This document shows positions 50,450 through 63,199 of a DNA stretch of 64,000 nucleotides, piece by piece. The translations under genes were made by a program, and so were the position numbers. Below the pieces are notes generated by a model that saw nothing but the letters and a program-made list of their open reading frames with translations, did no database searches and was not told where the DNA came from. Source of the DNA: Vicugna vicugna (taxonomy: Eukaryota); contig MU058213.1 in assembly GCA_013265495.1 (NCBI GenBank), positions 4,464,001-4,528,000 on the forward strand, written 5' to 3'. Every line of letters starts with the position of its first letter. Position 1 is the stretch's first letter.

Positions 50450-51140
50450 ATTCTTACACATTTCTGGGAAGTGTATAAATTGGCATGACAGCTTCAGAGA
50501 AAGGCAATATTTAGCTGAAAGTATGCATCCTTTAATTTCAGCATTTCCACTTCTTTATATCTATCCCGAAGAAACTCTTTATTTGTTTACAAGACGTGCA
50601 AGGATATTTGTCTAAGCACTCTTCATGATAGCAAAAAAAAAAAGAGAGAGAAAGAAAGAAACTATCTATTTTTCAATAGAACAGATCAATGTGGTTTTAT
50701 TTGTATAATGGGATATTTTATACCAGTAAAAATGAATGAACTAGGTGTCTGTTTTTAACATATATCTCAAAAACATAAAATTGTGTGAAAATGCAGATTT
50801 CAAAAAGATCTATACTATGTAATCCCATCTGCTTAAATGTATTGAACACAAATAATAATGTGTATAGTTTGAGTACATGAATTCTGAAAGATTCAAAATA
50901 TACATGGGAATCATACATCAATTTTATGACAAGGGTTTCCTTGGTGTCTGGGATGAGATGTGACCTGTAACTACACTGTTTTAATTTCTGAAAGAGAAGG
51001 AAAGAGGGGAAAATGTTCAATCTGAAGCAAATGTGGGAAAATGTTATTCTCACTTGTTGATATATGGATCATAGTGTTGGTTAAATAGACGTCCATCCTT
51101 TTGAATATTTTTGCATTGTTTCACAATGAAAAGAAAGTAT
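50450..51140 (+). mobile_element. Very old L1ME-like 3' end
   Basis: gtgtataaattggca...cagcatttccacttc...ccagtaaaaatgaatgaactag. Confidence 0.65.
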
Positions 51141-51345
51141 TTAATAAAATGCATGCTGTTTCATCTAGAAAGTTAGAATTTGACTGTTAAACTGAGTGGA
51201 ATGGTAGTAAGCTTTTCAAACTTTATTTACTGGATTTTTGTCTTCTTGTTTTTCATTTGTTCTCTGTACTTCCGTGAATGTTCTAGTTGAATTGTGTGTC
51301 AGTAAATGAGAGTTTTTATATAAAATTTTTTTCTTTGTTTTATAG

Positions 51346-51410
51346 GAAAAACGTCAGAGAGAGGCTCATTTTCCTTGTATAGCAGAGACACCGGATTACC
51401 AGGCTGTCAA
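51346..51410 (+). CDS. TCF12: Internal coding exon of TCF12 (HEB, class I bHLH E-protein), probably exon 6; 65 bp, phase 1 in, phase 0 out
   Basis: Polypyrimidine tract ttttttctttgttttatag (AG 51344-51345) and donor GTAAGT at 51411. Translation (G)GA AAA ACG TCA GAG AGA GGC TCA TTT TCC TTG TAT AGC AGA GAC ACC GGA TTA CCA GGC TGT CAA = [22 protein letters not shown], matching the TCF12 N-terminal region as recalled (...[33 protein letters not shown]...). Exon number is from memory. Confidence 0.95.
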
Positions 51411-54400
51411 GTAAGTTTAATAAATACAAAAGCAGTGAGATAATTTTTTAACATGTAAATAAAGACTTTTAATAGGGGAATTAGAAATTTATCCAATTTA
51501 TGTCACCATTATGTGTGCTTTTAACTGGTGACTAATGTGGTGGGTTTTTAGTAATTAAACATTTTCTTTTCTTCTGCTCCTCTGCTTAAAATGATTTCCC
51601 TTCCACAATTTACCAGACCATCTTTCTCTATCATCAGAGAATTTCATAACTCACCTCCATTTTAACTAGAGACAAAAAAAGTAGTTATCTTCCTACTCTC
51701 TTCCAAAATTCTGATTTCTGAAAATGATTTTTGCTTATTTCTTCATAAAAAGAACAGAGTTGCTGGTGTATTACATGAAGAACATAAAATTGCTCTGTGT
51801 AGCTTGACTATGTTAAACTTTATAATGTTGGAAGTGTGTTCATTTCAATCTATATCCAAACAAGTTTTTGAGCTTCCTATGGTCTTTTGGACTTGTAAAC
51901 TTTCTTTCAGCTTTTCTATATTCCTTTGCATGTTGCATTTCTACTAATGACTGTCTTCTCTGCTTCTTTCCCCATATCTTTATGCTGAGAATCCAAAACA
52001 CTCAGTTCACCTGCAGACTCCCATCAGAATCAAGCCAAAAAGCATACAAAGGAAACACAGAATATATTAAATTAGTTTTCTGCTGTCTGCATACCTTTTT
52101 TCAGACCCAGCCTAACTTCAGACGTGAGCATTTAACTGTCATACTAACATACCACTTCATTTAATACATATCCAATAATTGTGCCATTCAGAGTCAGAAG
52201 ACCTAGTTTGAGATTCTGTCTCTACAAGTTACTGACCTGTGGTCCTATGACAAGTCATTTAACTTTAAATCCCATCTCTGCATTGATTTCCTCATTTGAA
52301 AAATAGAATTAGCAACAACAACAAAAAAATGCAAATTGGTGAGACAATATCTGTTTTCCATTTATGTATGGTACAGTCCATTAAAAGAGCACCCAGTGCT
52401 GTGAAATAGAAACTCTTACACTAAAGAGTAACTGTAAATTATTATGATCTTTAGAATATAAACACTATATATTATAAACCTCAAATATGTTCATCTATAC
52501 TACTGCTAGTAATCTGTTCTAAGAAATAATACTAAAACTGGGGATTCTTACAGAAAAAAAAATATCTACAGCATATGCTAAAAGGAGTAAGAATGTTGTA
52601 GCCAATAAAGACAACCTAAGAATAATAAGAATGTCTTTGCGTAGGTGAAGATATTAGTTCCAGTAATTACCATGAAGGAGGGCTGTACCTACCATATGTT
52701 CTGGTCTGTTGGTCTCCCTGCCTGTTATTCCCACCTGTTCTATTCTTTCAGCAGGACTAGACTACTTTCCATATTTTGACCATTTATTTTACTACTTAGT
52801 AAAGCAGTTCTTCTCTTTTTTAAACTTCCAAATATTCATGGATTAGTCATTTTTTTAAGTTACAAATTCTTTTTTTTGGTAATTTTTTAACTGGGCTTAT
52901 GCAAATCTTAAATGAATTTAGGAAAAACTGGCATCTTTATTGTGTATAATCTCTCCATCTAGAAGCTTGGTGTATTCCTCCATTACTTGTCAACTTTGCC
53001 TGTATTTTTCTTAGTAGAGATTTGGAATTTTTCTTTATGTTGAGGAAAGGTACTTTCAGGGAAGGAGATGCGGTGATATGGTTGTTGCTATTACTTTCAT
53101 CTTAGAGTGCCTGTGTCTTTCATTTAATCATGTTTTAAAAGCGAAAGTCAATGTATTAATGTAAAGACTTAAGCTGTATTTTTTAGAGGAATCAGAAAGC
53201 TAGATTTTTACTTATGGCTCTGCTTCTTAGTAGTTTTTATATAATACATTGAACTTTGTGAATCTTGCATTCACCAAAGTGCAAAATCAACACAGAATTG
53301 AAATGATGTGATATATATCTAAGGTCTTAAGATAGTGTCTTTGATACTAAAATTTGTGTTACTACTAATTTTAAAAAAAAGAAAAATAGAATTATCAGTT
53401 CTTGTCCACCTCCTTTATTAAGTCTCTGAAAGCTGAACTACGTGTACCAGTGGAAGTATTTTACAAAATAAATACATATTTTTAAATGTTTTCAATTCAT
53501 ATAATCCACCCCAAAAAAAGCTATTTTGAGTCCTTAATATTATTTTTAAGAGACCAAAAGATTGAGAGCCACTTGTCTAATGTTCATACTTAAGGAAAAA
53601 AACTACTGTAAGATCTTTGAAACTACAGCTGCATGTATTAAATTAGAGTTAATACTTATATTAATTAAGGATCTTTCACTTATATTTTTTAATACTCTCT
53701 TGGCAAAGGTATTGCTATTTAGTTAGAATCAGTAGTAAGTTCTATTTATATAATTCTCCAATTTTGCAAAGATGAATCTTAACATTTTTGCCAAGGATTG
53801 ATATGTGTTTATACCAGATTTAATTCTCATATCAAAAACATTTATTTTAAACATAGATGCATAGCACTCTAATAACAATTGCTATCATTTACTGAGCGGT
53901 AACTAAGCCAGGCATTGAGTTAAACATGATCATATTTAATCCTTTTAACACACCCATTTTGCAGGTTAGAAAATGAGTGTTCTCCAGAGATATTCAGTAA
54001 TTTGCTCAAGGCTGCTCTAGCAAGTGGTAAACCTTCTAAACTCATCTTATGATATAATTATACTGCAGCATTAGAATCTCTTACCTCCCTCCCATTTTAA
54101 TTTGTTCAGTCAAAGAAGGACCTCAGTATTTACTTTTTAAAAAGTGCTCTAGTTGATTTTAATTCACATGGACTGGGGATTATGCTTTGAGAAACCAAAT
54201 TCCTCTGTGTACTTCAAATATAAGCATATATAGAGTACTGAAAAAGAAGAAACTGTAAGATCACCATTTAATAATTGTTTATTACATGTTGGAGAGATCA
54301 GGCAGGCATATGGGAAAGAGAACAAGGTTATTGGAATGTATGAAATCTAAAATAACGAAATTGCTCCATACAAGATGTATTCAAATGAGGTAAAGATTTG

Positions 54401-55534
54401 AAGAATTCACAGAAGTAGTGTATGAGCCCCAAAGAAGAAGCCCAAAATTCAGCACAGAGGAAAGAAGACTATACTGCTGCAAGGATAAATGGCATCAGTG
54501 AAGACCAGAGGGCTCTTAAAATAAGTAAAAGGATTGCTTACTGTGAAAGGAACAGCAACATTGCTATTTATTATTGTTATTTAGCTCTGCCTATGCTGGA
54601 GTTGCTGGGAGAAATTATGATGGATCACACCAGCTTATTTGAGGCCTAAGTAGTAAACTAAGGAAATTCAAGAGTGAAAAAAGATGTGTAACTCCATTCA
54701 GAGAAAAACCTGTATTCCAAACAGTACTTATTATAACGGATCAGAGAAGAAAAAAATACACTGAAACAACTAATACTTGGGTGCCATTTTGTCTTACCTA
54801 TTCACAAGCAACATAACAATCTTAACCACACAGAGATAATAGAAGGAAAAACATACAGTGACTAAAAAATTACATCCAAATGCCACTTTAAAACCATTTG
54901 TCTTCAACAAAATCCCCCAAGGAACATTAACTCTGCTATTAATGTACATAAAATGCTGCTGACATACTGCAAAATTCAGGCTAATTTAATAATGCCTGAT
55001 GGGCCTTACTTCATGTTAAGATGATGTAATAATATGTCACTAAATGAGTCTCCTCATATTACCTTCACAGCAATTGCATAACTGATGAGCCATTAAAAGG
55101 AAACTGGTGTAGCAGTATTACTGGAAACGTTGATAGATCATTCTGCTATTGAATTTTTTTTTTTGATTCAACACGGAATGTAAAAGCCAACATCTTTATT
55201 AGCAGTAGGTATAATACTTTAGTAACTGCCACCATGAAGTGAAAAATCCTTTTACGATTATGAAAGTTTCTCATTGATACCTTTTAAACAAGTATTCATT
55301 CAAGTTGTTTGTGTAAGTTTCTCTCGAAGTGTTCAAACCTGGAAGAGGCAGGGTCTTGTTTTTTCCCCAAGGGATTTAATTTTCATCAGAGTTAAGATAT
55401 TTTACCATTGAAAAAAATGATGGTTAACTCAAAAAACTCAGTTAACAATTATTTGGAAATTTACCTATATCATTTGCTTTTTTATCGTCCTCTTTTTCCA
55501 TTATTGTCAATCCCATTATATACAGACACTTGAA

Positions 55535-57263
55535 AATGATAAAATGATGAGTCATTACATAAGGAAGATAAAACAATGATAAATGTGTAACAACAGTGCT
55601 TCAAAATAAATGAACCAAAAATTGGTATAATTAAAGATTGAAATAAATTCACGACCATAGTTGAAGATCTAAATGCCTCTCTCTCAGCAGTTGAACAGAA
55701 TAACTAGACAAAAACTTAGTAAAGACATAGAACTAAATGAACCATATAAACTGTCTTTACCTAATTAATACTTCTATTCCCAGCAACTGAAGAATATAAA
55801 TTCCTTTCAAGGGTACATATTACATTCAACAGGATTGAATCATATGCTGATTTTTAAACCAATGTCAATAAGTTGAAAAGGTTTAAAATCATAGAGTCTT
55901 TTCTGACCACAAAAGAATTAAATTAGAAATTAGTAAGATACTTAGGAAAACACCAAATATGTGGAAGTGAAACAACCCATGCCTAAATAATCCATGGTTT
56001 TGAAAAGAAATCACAGGGGAATTTAGAAAGTATTTCTAACTAAATTATAATGATATATGATATTAAAAAAATTTGTTCGTGCAGTTACACCAGTGCTTTG
56101 GGGAAAAAGGTGTAGCTCTAAATGCTTGTATTCGAAAAGAAGATCTGTAGTGCATAACCTAATGATTCTGCTCTATGAAGCTAGAAAAAGAAGCATAAAA
56201 TAGGAAGAAGGGAGAAAACAATACAGTTGAGAGCAGAAATCAATGTAATACAACACAAATAATAGAAAAAGCTAACCAAGCTAAAATTTGGTTATTTGAG
56301 AAGACCCACAAAATTAATAATTCTTAGCTAAACTAATTTAAACAAAGGGGGAGAGCAAATGGGGAAAGAACACCAGTTACCAACATCTATAATGGGAGAG
56401 AGGTTATCACTGTAAATGTATAAATTGTATATACATTAAAAGAATAATAAGGAAATACTCAGAATATCTTAATTCAATAAATTTGACAACTCAGGTGAAA
56501 TAAGCAAATTTCTTGAAAATTCTTACCAGAAAGAGACAAGACGAAACAAAGTCTGAATAGCTCTGTGTCTATTAATGCAAATAAGTTTATCTCAAAAATT
56601 TTTCCAAAGAAAGCTTGAGGGTCATATCATTGTATTCATTGGTGAATTCCTTTAGATGCATAGGGGAAAAAATACCAACCTTACATAAACTGTTTAAAAA
56701 AAAGTAGAGGAGGGGTAATGCATTGCAGTTCATTTTACAAGGTAAGCAATACCCTGATAGTTAAAATGCATGTGTGGTTTGTACCAGAAATGAAAATTTA
56801 GCTTAATTGTTGAAAATCAACCAGTGTTGTTCAACACATGAACAGAATTAAGGAGAAAAACAATATGATCATTTCCATAGATGTAGAAAAAGTATTCAAC
56901 AGAATAAAATATTCATAATAAAACCTCTACAAACTAAGCATAGAAAGCAGCTTCCTCAATTTGATAAAAGGCTTGCATGAAAGATCTATAGCTTTTAAGT
57001 AACAGCATGCTTAAAGGTGAAAGACTAAATGTTTTTCCCCTAATATTAGGCATAAGTAAGAATTTCCACTCTCATCACTTGAATTTTATGTTCTAGCCAG
57101 TGTAATAAGGCAAGAAAAAAAAAGGCTTAAAAATAGGAATACAACAAATTAAGCTGAATTTGCAAATGGTATGTTTGTGTACATGAGAAATCCTAAGAAA
57201 TCATCAAGGAAAATTTCTAGAACTAATAAGTTTTAGTTATGTCACAGGTTACATAGCCAATCT

Positions 57264-57327
<64 letters not shown>

Positions 57328-58345
57328 ATTGTATTTCTGTACAATCACAATGAACAATTAAAAAATGAAATTATCAAAATAGTACTATTTATAGTCACAT
57401 CAAAAAGCATAAAGTACCAAGGGATAAATTTGACAAAAGACTATAAAGCTTCAACAATGAAAACTATAAAATACTTGTGAGAAAACTCAAAGAAGATTTA
57501 AATAAATAGGGAGATACACCATGTTCATGAATTGAAATACTCAGTATTATTTAGATGATAGTTCCACTGGGCTATCAGTTGAATGCAGTCCCAGTAAGAA
57601 TTACTGAATTAAGAACATTGACAAGATTATTTAAAAGTTGATTTGAAAAGGAATAGGATTAAGAAGAGCCAAAGGAATCTTGGAAAAGAGGAAAGGAGGA
57701 AGGACTTACTTTACCTAACTTAAAGACTTTCTATAAAGCAAAAGTAATCAAGACAGCACAGTTTTTGTATAAAAACTGACAAAAAGATCATGGAATGAAA
57801 AAGAAGTCCAGAAAGGGACCCACACCTATATGGCAAATGATGTTTGATTAAAGCACCCCAGCAGTTCAGTGAGAAAAGAAAGATCTCTTTTTACTATATG
57901 GTGCTGGAAGAACTGTATAGCAACATAGGTGGAAAAAAAAAAAGGACTTCCACTCTACCTTACATCATATATAAACATAAATTTGAAATGGATCATGGAT
58001 TTAAAGATGAAAACTGAAATAATAAAGGTACTAGGGAGAAAATAAATTAATATCTTTGCTGCTTCAGGGTAAATAAAAAAATTTTAAGGAAGGTACAGAA
58101 AGCATATAACATGAAAGAAAAGTTGATGAATTGAACTTAGTTACAATTTAAAACTGTGTTCATCCAAAAACACCATCAAGAAAAGGAAAAGAGAAGCCAC
58201 AGAATAGGAGAAAGTATTAGCAACACATATCTGACAAAGGACTTCAGTGTAGAATATATAATGATCATTGACAAAGAAGCAACCCAATTTTTAAAAATGG
58301 CCAAAACACTTGAGTAGACACTTCACAAAAGAAAATATGCAAATG
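55535..58345 (+). mobile_element. Old L1 ORF2 body (continues at 61096-61810 after a nested insertion)
   Basis: Decayed EN/RT-region sequence: ttttctgaccacaaaagaattaaattagaa, tatgatcatttccatagatgtagaaaaagtattc, ctataaagcaaaagtaatcaagacag. Confidence 0.88.
57267..57326 (+). repeat. (GATA)15 tetranucleotide microsatellite
   Basis: 15 uninterrupted GATA units read directly. Confidence 0.97.
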
Positions 58346-61095
58346 CAGGATTTCTGGTCAAGATGGCAGAGTGGTAGGACCACAAGCTCACGTCTCCTCA
58401 TGACTACAACAAAACCACAGCTGACTGGTAAACAACCATAGAAAAAAAGACTGGAACCTGCAGGAAAGATCTTCAACTGGAAACATAAAGAGGGAACCAC
58501 AGCAGGACGGTAAGAGGGGCATGCTCACGATATAATCAGACCCCATACCCCCCAGGTGGGTGACCCACAAGCTGAAGAATAATTAAGTCACAGAGGCCCT
58601 CCCACAGGAGTGAGAGGTCTGAGCCCCACGTCAGGCTCTTCAGCCCAGGGTTCCAACATTAAGAGGAGGAGACCCCAGGACATCTGGTTTTGAAGGCTTA
58701 ACTCTAGGAGCCCCGTGGGACTAGGGGAAACGGAGACTTCATTTTCTTAACAGGTGTACGGATTCTCACGTGCGCCAGGTCCAAGGTCAGAGGCAGTGAT
58801 TTCATAAGAACTGGGGCCAGATCAGCCTGCCTGCTGGTTTTGGAAGGTCTCCAGGGAATGTAGGGGACGGCTGTGGCTCACCCAGGGGACATAAAAGCTG
58901 GTGGTGGACATTTTGGGAATGTTCATTACAGGAGCTTTCCTAGAGGCTGAAATCTTGATTGGATCATTAACACCGAGACCTAGCCCCACCCAATAGCCTG
59001 TAGGGAAGACTCAGGCCAAACAATATGCAGGGTAGGAACACAGCCCCACCCATCAGCAGACTTCCTAAGCTACAAAGGCCTCTAGACACAGCCTTACCCA
59101 CCAGAGGTCCAGAACCAAGCTTCCCCCGGCAGTGGGCAGGCTCCTCCTGCCAGGAAACCTGCATAAGCCTCCAGTCCAGCCTCACCCACCAGGGGGCAGA
59201 TACCAGAAATAAGAAAACAACAATCCCAAAGCCTGTGGAAGGAATCCACAAACACAGGCAGACTCCACACTGGGACCAGCTGGACCCCTTAGGTGACAAG
59301 AGAGGAGTGTACTGCTGGGATGCATAGGACGTCTCCCACAGAGGGTCACCTCTCCAAGGTCGAGAAATGTAACTAACCTACCTAAAAATACAAATAGAAA
59401 GATAGACAATATGAGGCAGCAGAGGAATATCTCCCAGGCCAAGTCACAAGATAAAATCCCAGAAGAAGTAATTCACTTGATGAGGAGATAGTCAATTTAC
59501 TTGAGAAAGAGTTTAAAGTAATGATAGCAGAGATGTTCAGAGAACTCACAAAGAGTATAGATGCACAGAGTGAAGTTTTTAGCAAAGAGTTGGGAAATAA
59601 AAAGAATATCCAAACAGAGTTGAAGAATAAAATCACTGAAATGAATAACACACTTGAAGGAACCAAGAAAATACAAACTGAGGCAAAAGAACAGATCAGT
59701 GAGCTAGAAGACAGATTAGTGGAAATCACTAATGCAGAACAGAAAAAAGAAAACTAAGAATGAAAAGAAACAAGGAACATTTAAGAGAACTCTGGGACAA
59801 CATGAAACACACTAATATTTGCATTATAGGGGTCCCAGAAAGAGAGAGAGAAAGAACCTGAGACAATTTTTGAAGAGATAATAATTGAAAACTTCCCCAA
59901 CTTGGAAAAGAAAACAGTCACCCAAGTCCAGGAAGCAGAGTTCCACACAGGATCAACCCATAGAGGAACACACCAAGGCACATAGTCATCAAATTGACAA
60001 CAATTAAGGATAAGGAGAAAATACTAAAATTAGCAAGAGAAAAGCAACAAATAACATACAAGGGAACTCCCATAAAATTATCAGCTGATTTTTCAGCAGG
60101 AGCTCTACCGGCCACAAGGGAGTGGCATGATGTATTTAAAATGATGAAAGGGGAAAGCTTACAACCAAGGATACTCTATCCATTCAGCAAGGCTCTCATT
60201 CAGATTTGATGGAGAAATCAAAAGCTTCACAGATAAAAGCTAAAAGAATTCAACATCACCAAACCAGCTTTACAAATGTTAAAGGACCTTCTCAAGTCAT
60301 CAAACCATGAGAAAAGAGAACAAGAAGAAGAAAGAAAAGGGAATAAAAACCTACAAAAGATTGCTTTGGCGATCTCGGTGTCTTTTATAGTTCCATATAA
60401 ATTTTGGAATTGTTTGTTCTAGTTCTGTGAAAAATGTGAGTTTTTTTTGACAGGGGTTGCATTGGATTTGCAGATTGCTTTGGGTAGTACAACCATTTTG
60501 ATAATGTTCATTTTTCCAGTCCAAGAGCACAAGATATCTTTCCATTTCTTTGTATCACCTTCAGTTTCCTTCATCAGTGTTGTACAGTTTTCAGAGTGTA
60601 GGTAACCTCCTTGATTAAGTATATTTCTAGATATTTTGTTGTTTTTGATGCAATGGAAATGTTTATGCCAGTTATAAAATTATGGTTTTTGAAGTGAAAA
60701 TAAAAGTGAATGAAGGGCCACAAATGGCTAAATATCCTTTCTTAGAGGTGAGTTGTATTCCATTACATATATATGCTGCGTTGTCTTTATCCATTCATCT
60801 ATTGATGTGCACTTAGGATGCTTCCACATCATGGCAATTAAAAATATTGCTCTTAATAGCGGAGTATATGTATCTTTTTAAATTAATTCTTATTTTGTGA
60901 TTGGCTTTATTCCTTTGATAACTATGTAAGTTTAAAAAGCTAAAGCTCTAAATGTTCTTAGAAACAATGAAGAGTACTTATATGCAAATTTTTTAAAATA
61001 TGTGTAGTATGTTGTATATATATATTTACATGCAATATATTGTATATGTGCTGTCAAATTGTAACAATTCTATCTAATAAAACTGAAAAATGTAA
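58346..61095 (+). mobile_element. Nested L1-derived insertion: 5'UTR and ORF1, no sense ORF2 (HAL1-like or rearranged L1)
   Basis: Starts ...ggtcaagatggcagag (L1 5' end). ORF1 fragments at 59521-59757 and 59994-60209 (KEKILKLAREKQQITYKGTPIKLSADFS). Antisense ORF2 pieces at 60352-60655 and 60720-60890. Diverged TSD aaaagaaaatatgcaaatg (58327-58345) / aaaaggagatatacaaatg (61096-61114). Confidence 0.8.
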
Positions 61096-61810
61096 AAAAG
61101 GAGATATACAAATGGACAATCAGTACATTTAAAAACTGTTCCGCATTATTAGTTATCAAGTACTTGAAAATTAAAACCACAGTGACTTGACAGTACACAT
61201 CTACCAGAATAGCTAACATTTTTAAAGAGGTAAAATTAAAAGTGCAAGTTGGACTGTAAAATAGTACAATGACTTTAGAAAACTTTTTGGCACTTTTATA
61301 AAGTTAAATATGAATCTACCCTGTGACTCAGCAGTTTTACTCCCAGTTGTTTATCCAAGAGAAATGAAAACATTGTTCATCAGAAGCTTTCATCAGAAAT
61401 GTTCATAGCAGCTTTATTCATTATAGCCTAAAACTGGAGGCAACCCAGATGTTCATCAACAAGAGAGTGGATAAATGACTTTTGTTATATTCATAGATTG
61501 AATGCTATTAAGTGATAAAATGGAGTGATCTGATGATCTCAATAATGTTACACTAAGTGAAAGAGGCCAAATCTCAAAATTACAGTATGACTTCATTTAT
61601 ATGAACTGATACAATAGGCAAAACTATCTTGTGTTGATAAAAATCAAATCAACAGTAGCCCCTGGGAGAAGGGTTCTTTTGTGAAGGTACCTTATTTCTG
61701 AGGTGATAGAAACATCTTAAGTCTTAATATGCATTCATCAAAACTGACTGAGTCATACTTAAGATCTGAAGATTTTATTGTATGTAAAGAACAGCTCGTT
61801 TTTTTTTTTT
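61096..61810 (+). mobile_element. 3' continuation of the old L1 (ORF2 end and 3'UTR)
   Basis: aaattaaaaccacagtga...atgttcatagcagctttattcatt...aaactggaggcaacccagatg. Confidence 0.85.
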
Positions 61811-61819
61811 AATGAAATG

Positions 61820-62445
61820 AAGTGCAATTTACAGTAATCTAAGAAACTTTACTCAAATACTTAGTATTAACAAAAGACATGCAAAACCACTGAAAACCGC
61901 TAAACTACTAAACATTGCTTGGGGAAATTTTAAAAGACCTCAGCAAATGCAAAGATGTCCCATGTTCTTAAATAGAAAGACAATATTCTTAAAATATCAG
62001 TTCTTCACAAATAAATCTATAGATTAAATGCAATCCCAGTTATAACCCTTCCAGGATTTTTTGTGTGTTTGTTTAGGAATTTACAAACTGGCTTTAAAAT
62101 TTCTTTGGAAATACAAAAGACCTAGAATACCCAAAGCAGTCTTGGAAAGTGAAGAGCAAAGTTGGAAAATTTATGCTGCTGGACTCTGACAGAAGACTTA
62201 GAATAAAGCTATAATAATTAAGCAGCACGGTACTGGTGTGATTGAGACATGACGTCGGAACAGTATACAGTCCAGAAGTACAGCCATATTTAGGCAGTTC
62301 ATTTGATTTTCCACAGTGCTTGCCAAAGTATTCCAATAGGGAAAGGAAAGATTTTTAATAAAAGGCAGTAACAAATGGATATTCATATGGATAAATATGA
62401 ACGTTAGCCCTTCTTCCACACTAAAAGCAAAAAATTATTCAAGAT
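61820..62445 (+). mobile_element. Separate old L1 ORF2 fragment
   Basis: aaatctatagattaaatgcaatccc...ataaagctataataattaagcagc. Confidence 0.75.
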
Positions 62446-62454
62446 CGATATGGA

Positions 62455-62632
62455 GGGCACATTTAACAGGAGGATGTTATGGCCTGTTTCAGGCAAGAAG
62501 GGCTAGAGTCGGGTGGGGCTAGAGGGTGTCAGAACACCTTCCTGTTTCTGCTAGTTTCTCAAACTCTTCAGCTTAAAATATTCAATATGCCAGGGTACCA
62601 TATTTTGTGGTGGTGTATCCTGAACTCCATCA
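62455..62632 (-). mobile_element. ERV1-type LTR 5' fragment (MER34/MER39-like)
   Basis: Reverse complement begins TGATGGAGTTCAGGATACACCACCACAAAATATGGTACCCTGGCATATTGAATATTTTAAGCTGAAG. Confidence 0.65.
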
Positions 62633-63199
62633 TTCTTTTACTCTTAAAATTAAGTTTTTAAATTGTTAAAATGGAGTTTTTAATACATTTTTAAACTATT
62701 TCAGTATCCCTAATTGTTTACTCTCTAGATATAGTTGGGTTTGAGGCAGTTCTTTTACAAACTTCAATAAATTTAAAATAAATTCAAAATGAATTCCTTA
62801 AGAAGTATTTCAAATGATTTGCTTTCTTTTAAACACATTTTTATTTAAATAATAGGAGTTTTTCATTGATTTCATAGGACTTACTACACAAATCTGCATC
62901 CCACAACATAATGTGCTCATTGTATTTTAACATTTTGTTGACCATATTTTTGTAATCTTAGTGTGTTTTATTTTATTCTTAGTAAAAAGAATCCCTTATT
63001 CCGTAAAGGACTGTTGTGCCCTTAGAAATTGTAGCATTCCCAGTTCTGAGAAATTGTTGCCACTTCCGTTTTAGGCAGACACATTGACTTAAAATTAAAT
63101 GCTTCGTTTTTTTCTCATGCTTTTTTTCTTACTGGGTGAGAAAATGACAAGGAAACAATTTCATACATGACAAGGCTTGTTTAAAAGGTAGAGAATCAA

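Larger units (their letters stand above)
1..51345 (+). other. TCF12: Part of the large TCF12 intron upstream of the exon (intron 5, phase 1)
   Basis: No preceding TCF12 exon recognised in the window; repeat-rich, AT-rich sequence ending in the exon's acceptor. Confidence 0.85.

Noticed and set aside
51346..51410. Alternative open frame [21 protein letters not shown]
   Set aside because: The phase-1 frame matches TCF12; this frame matches nothing I recognise.
58967..59729. Several 86-115-aa ORFs on both strands
   Set aside because: They lie in the GC-richer L1 5'UTR or antisense to ORF1; no host-gene features.
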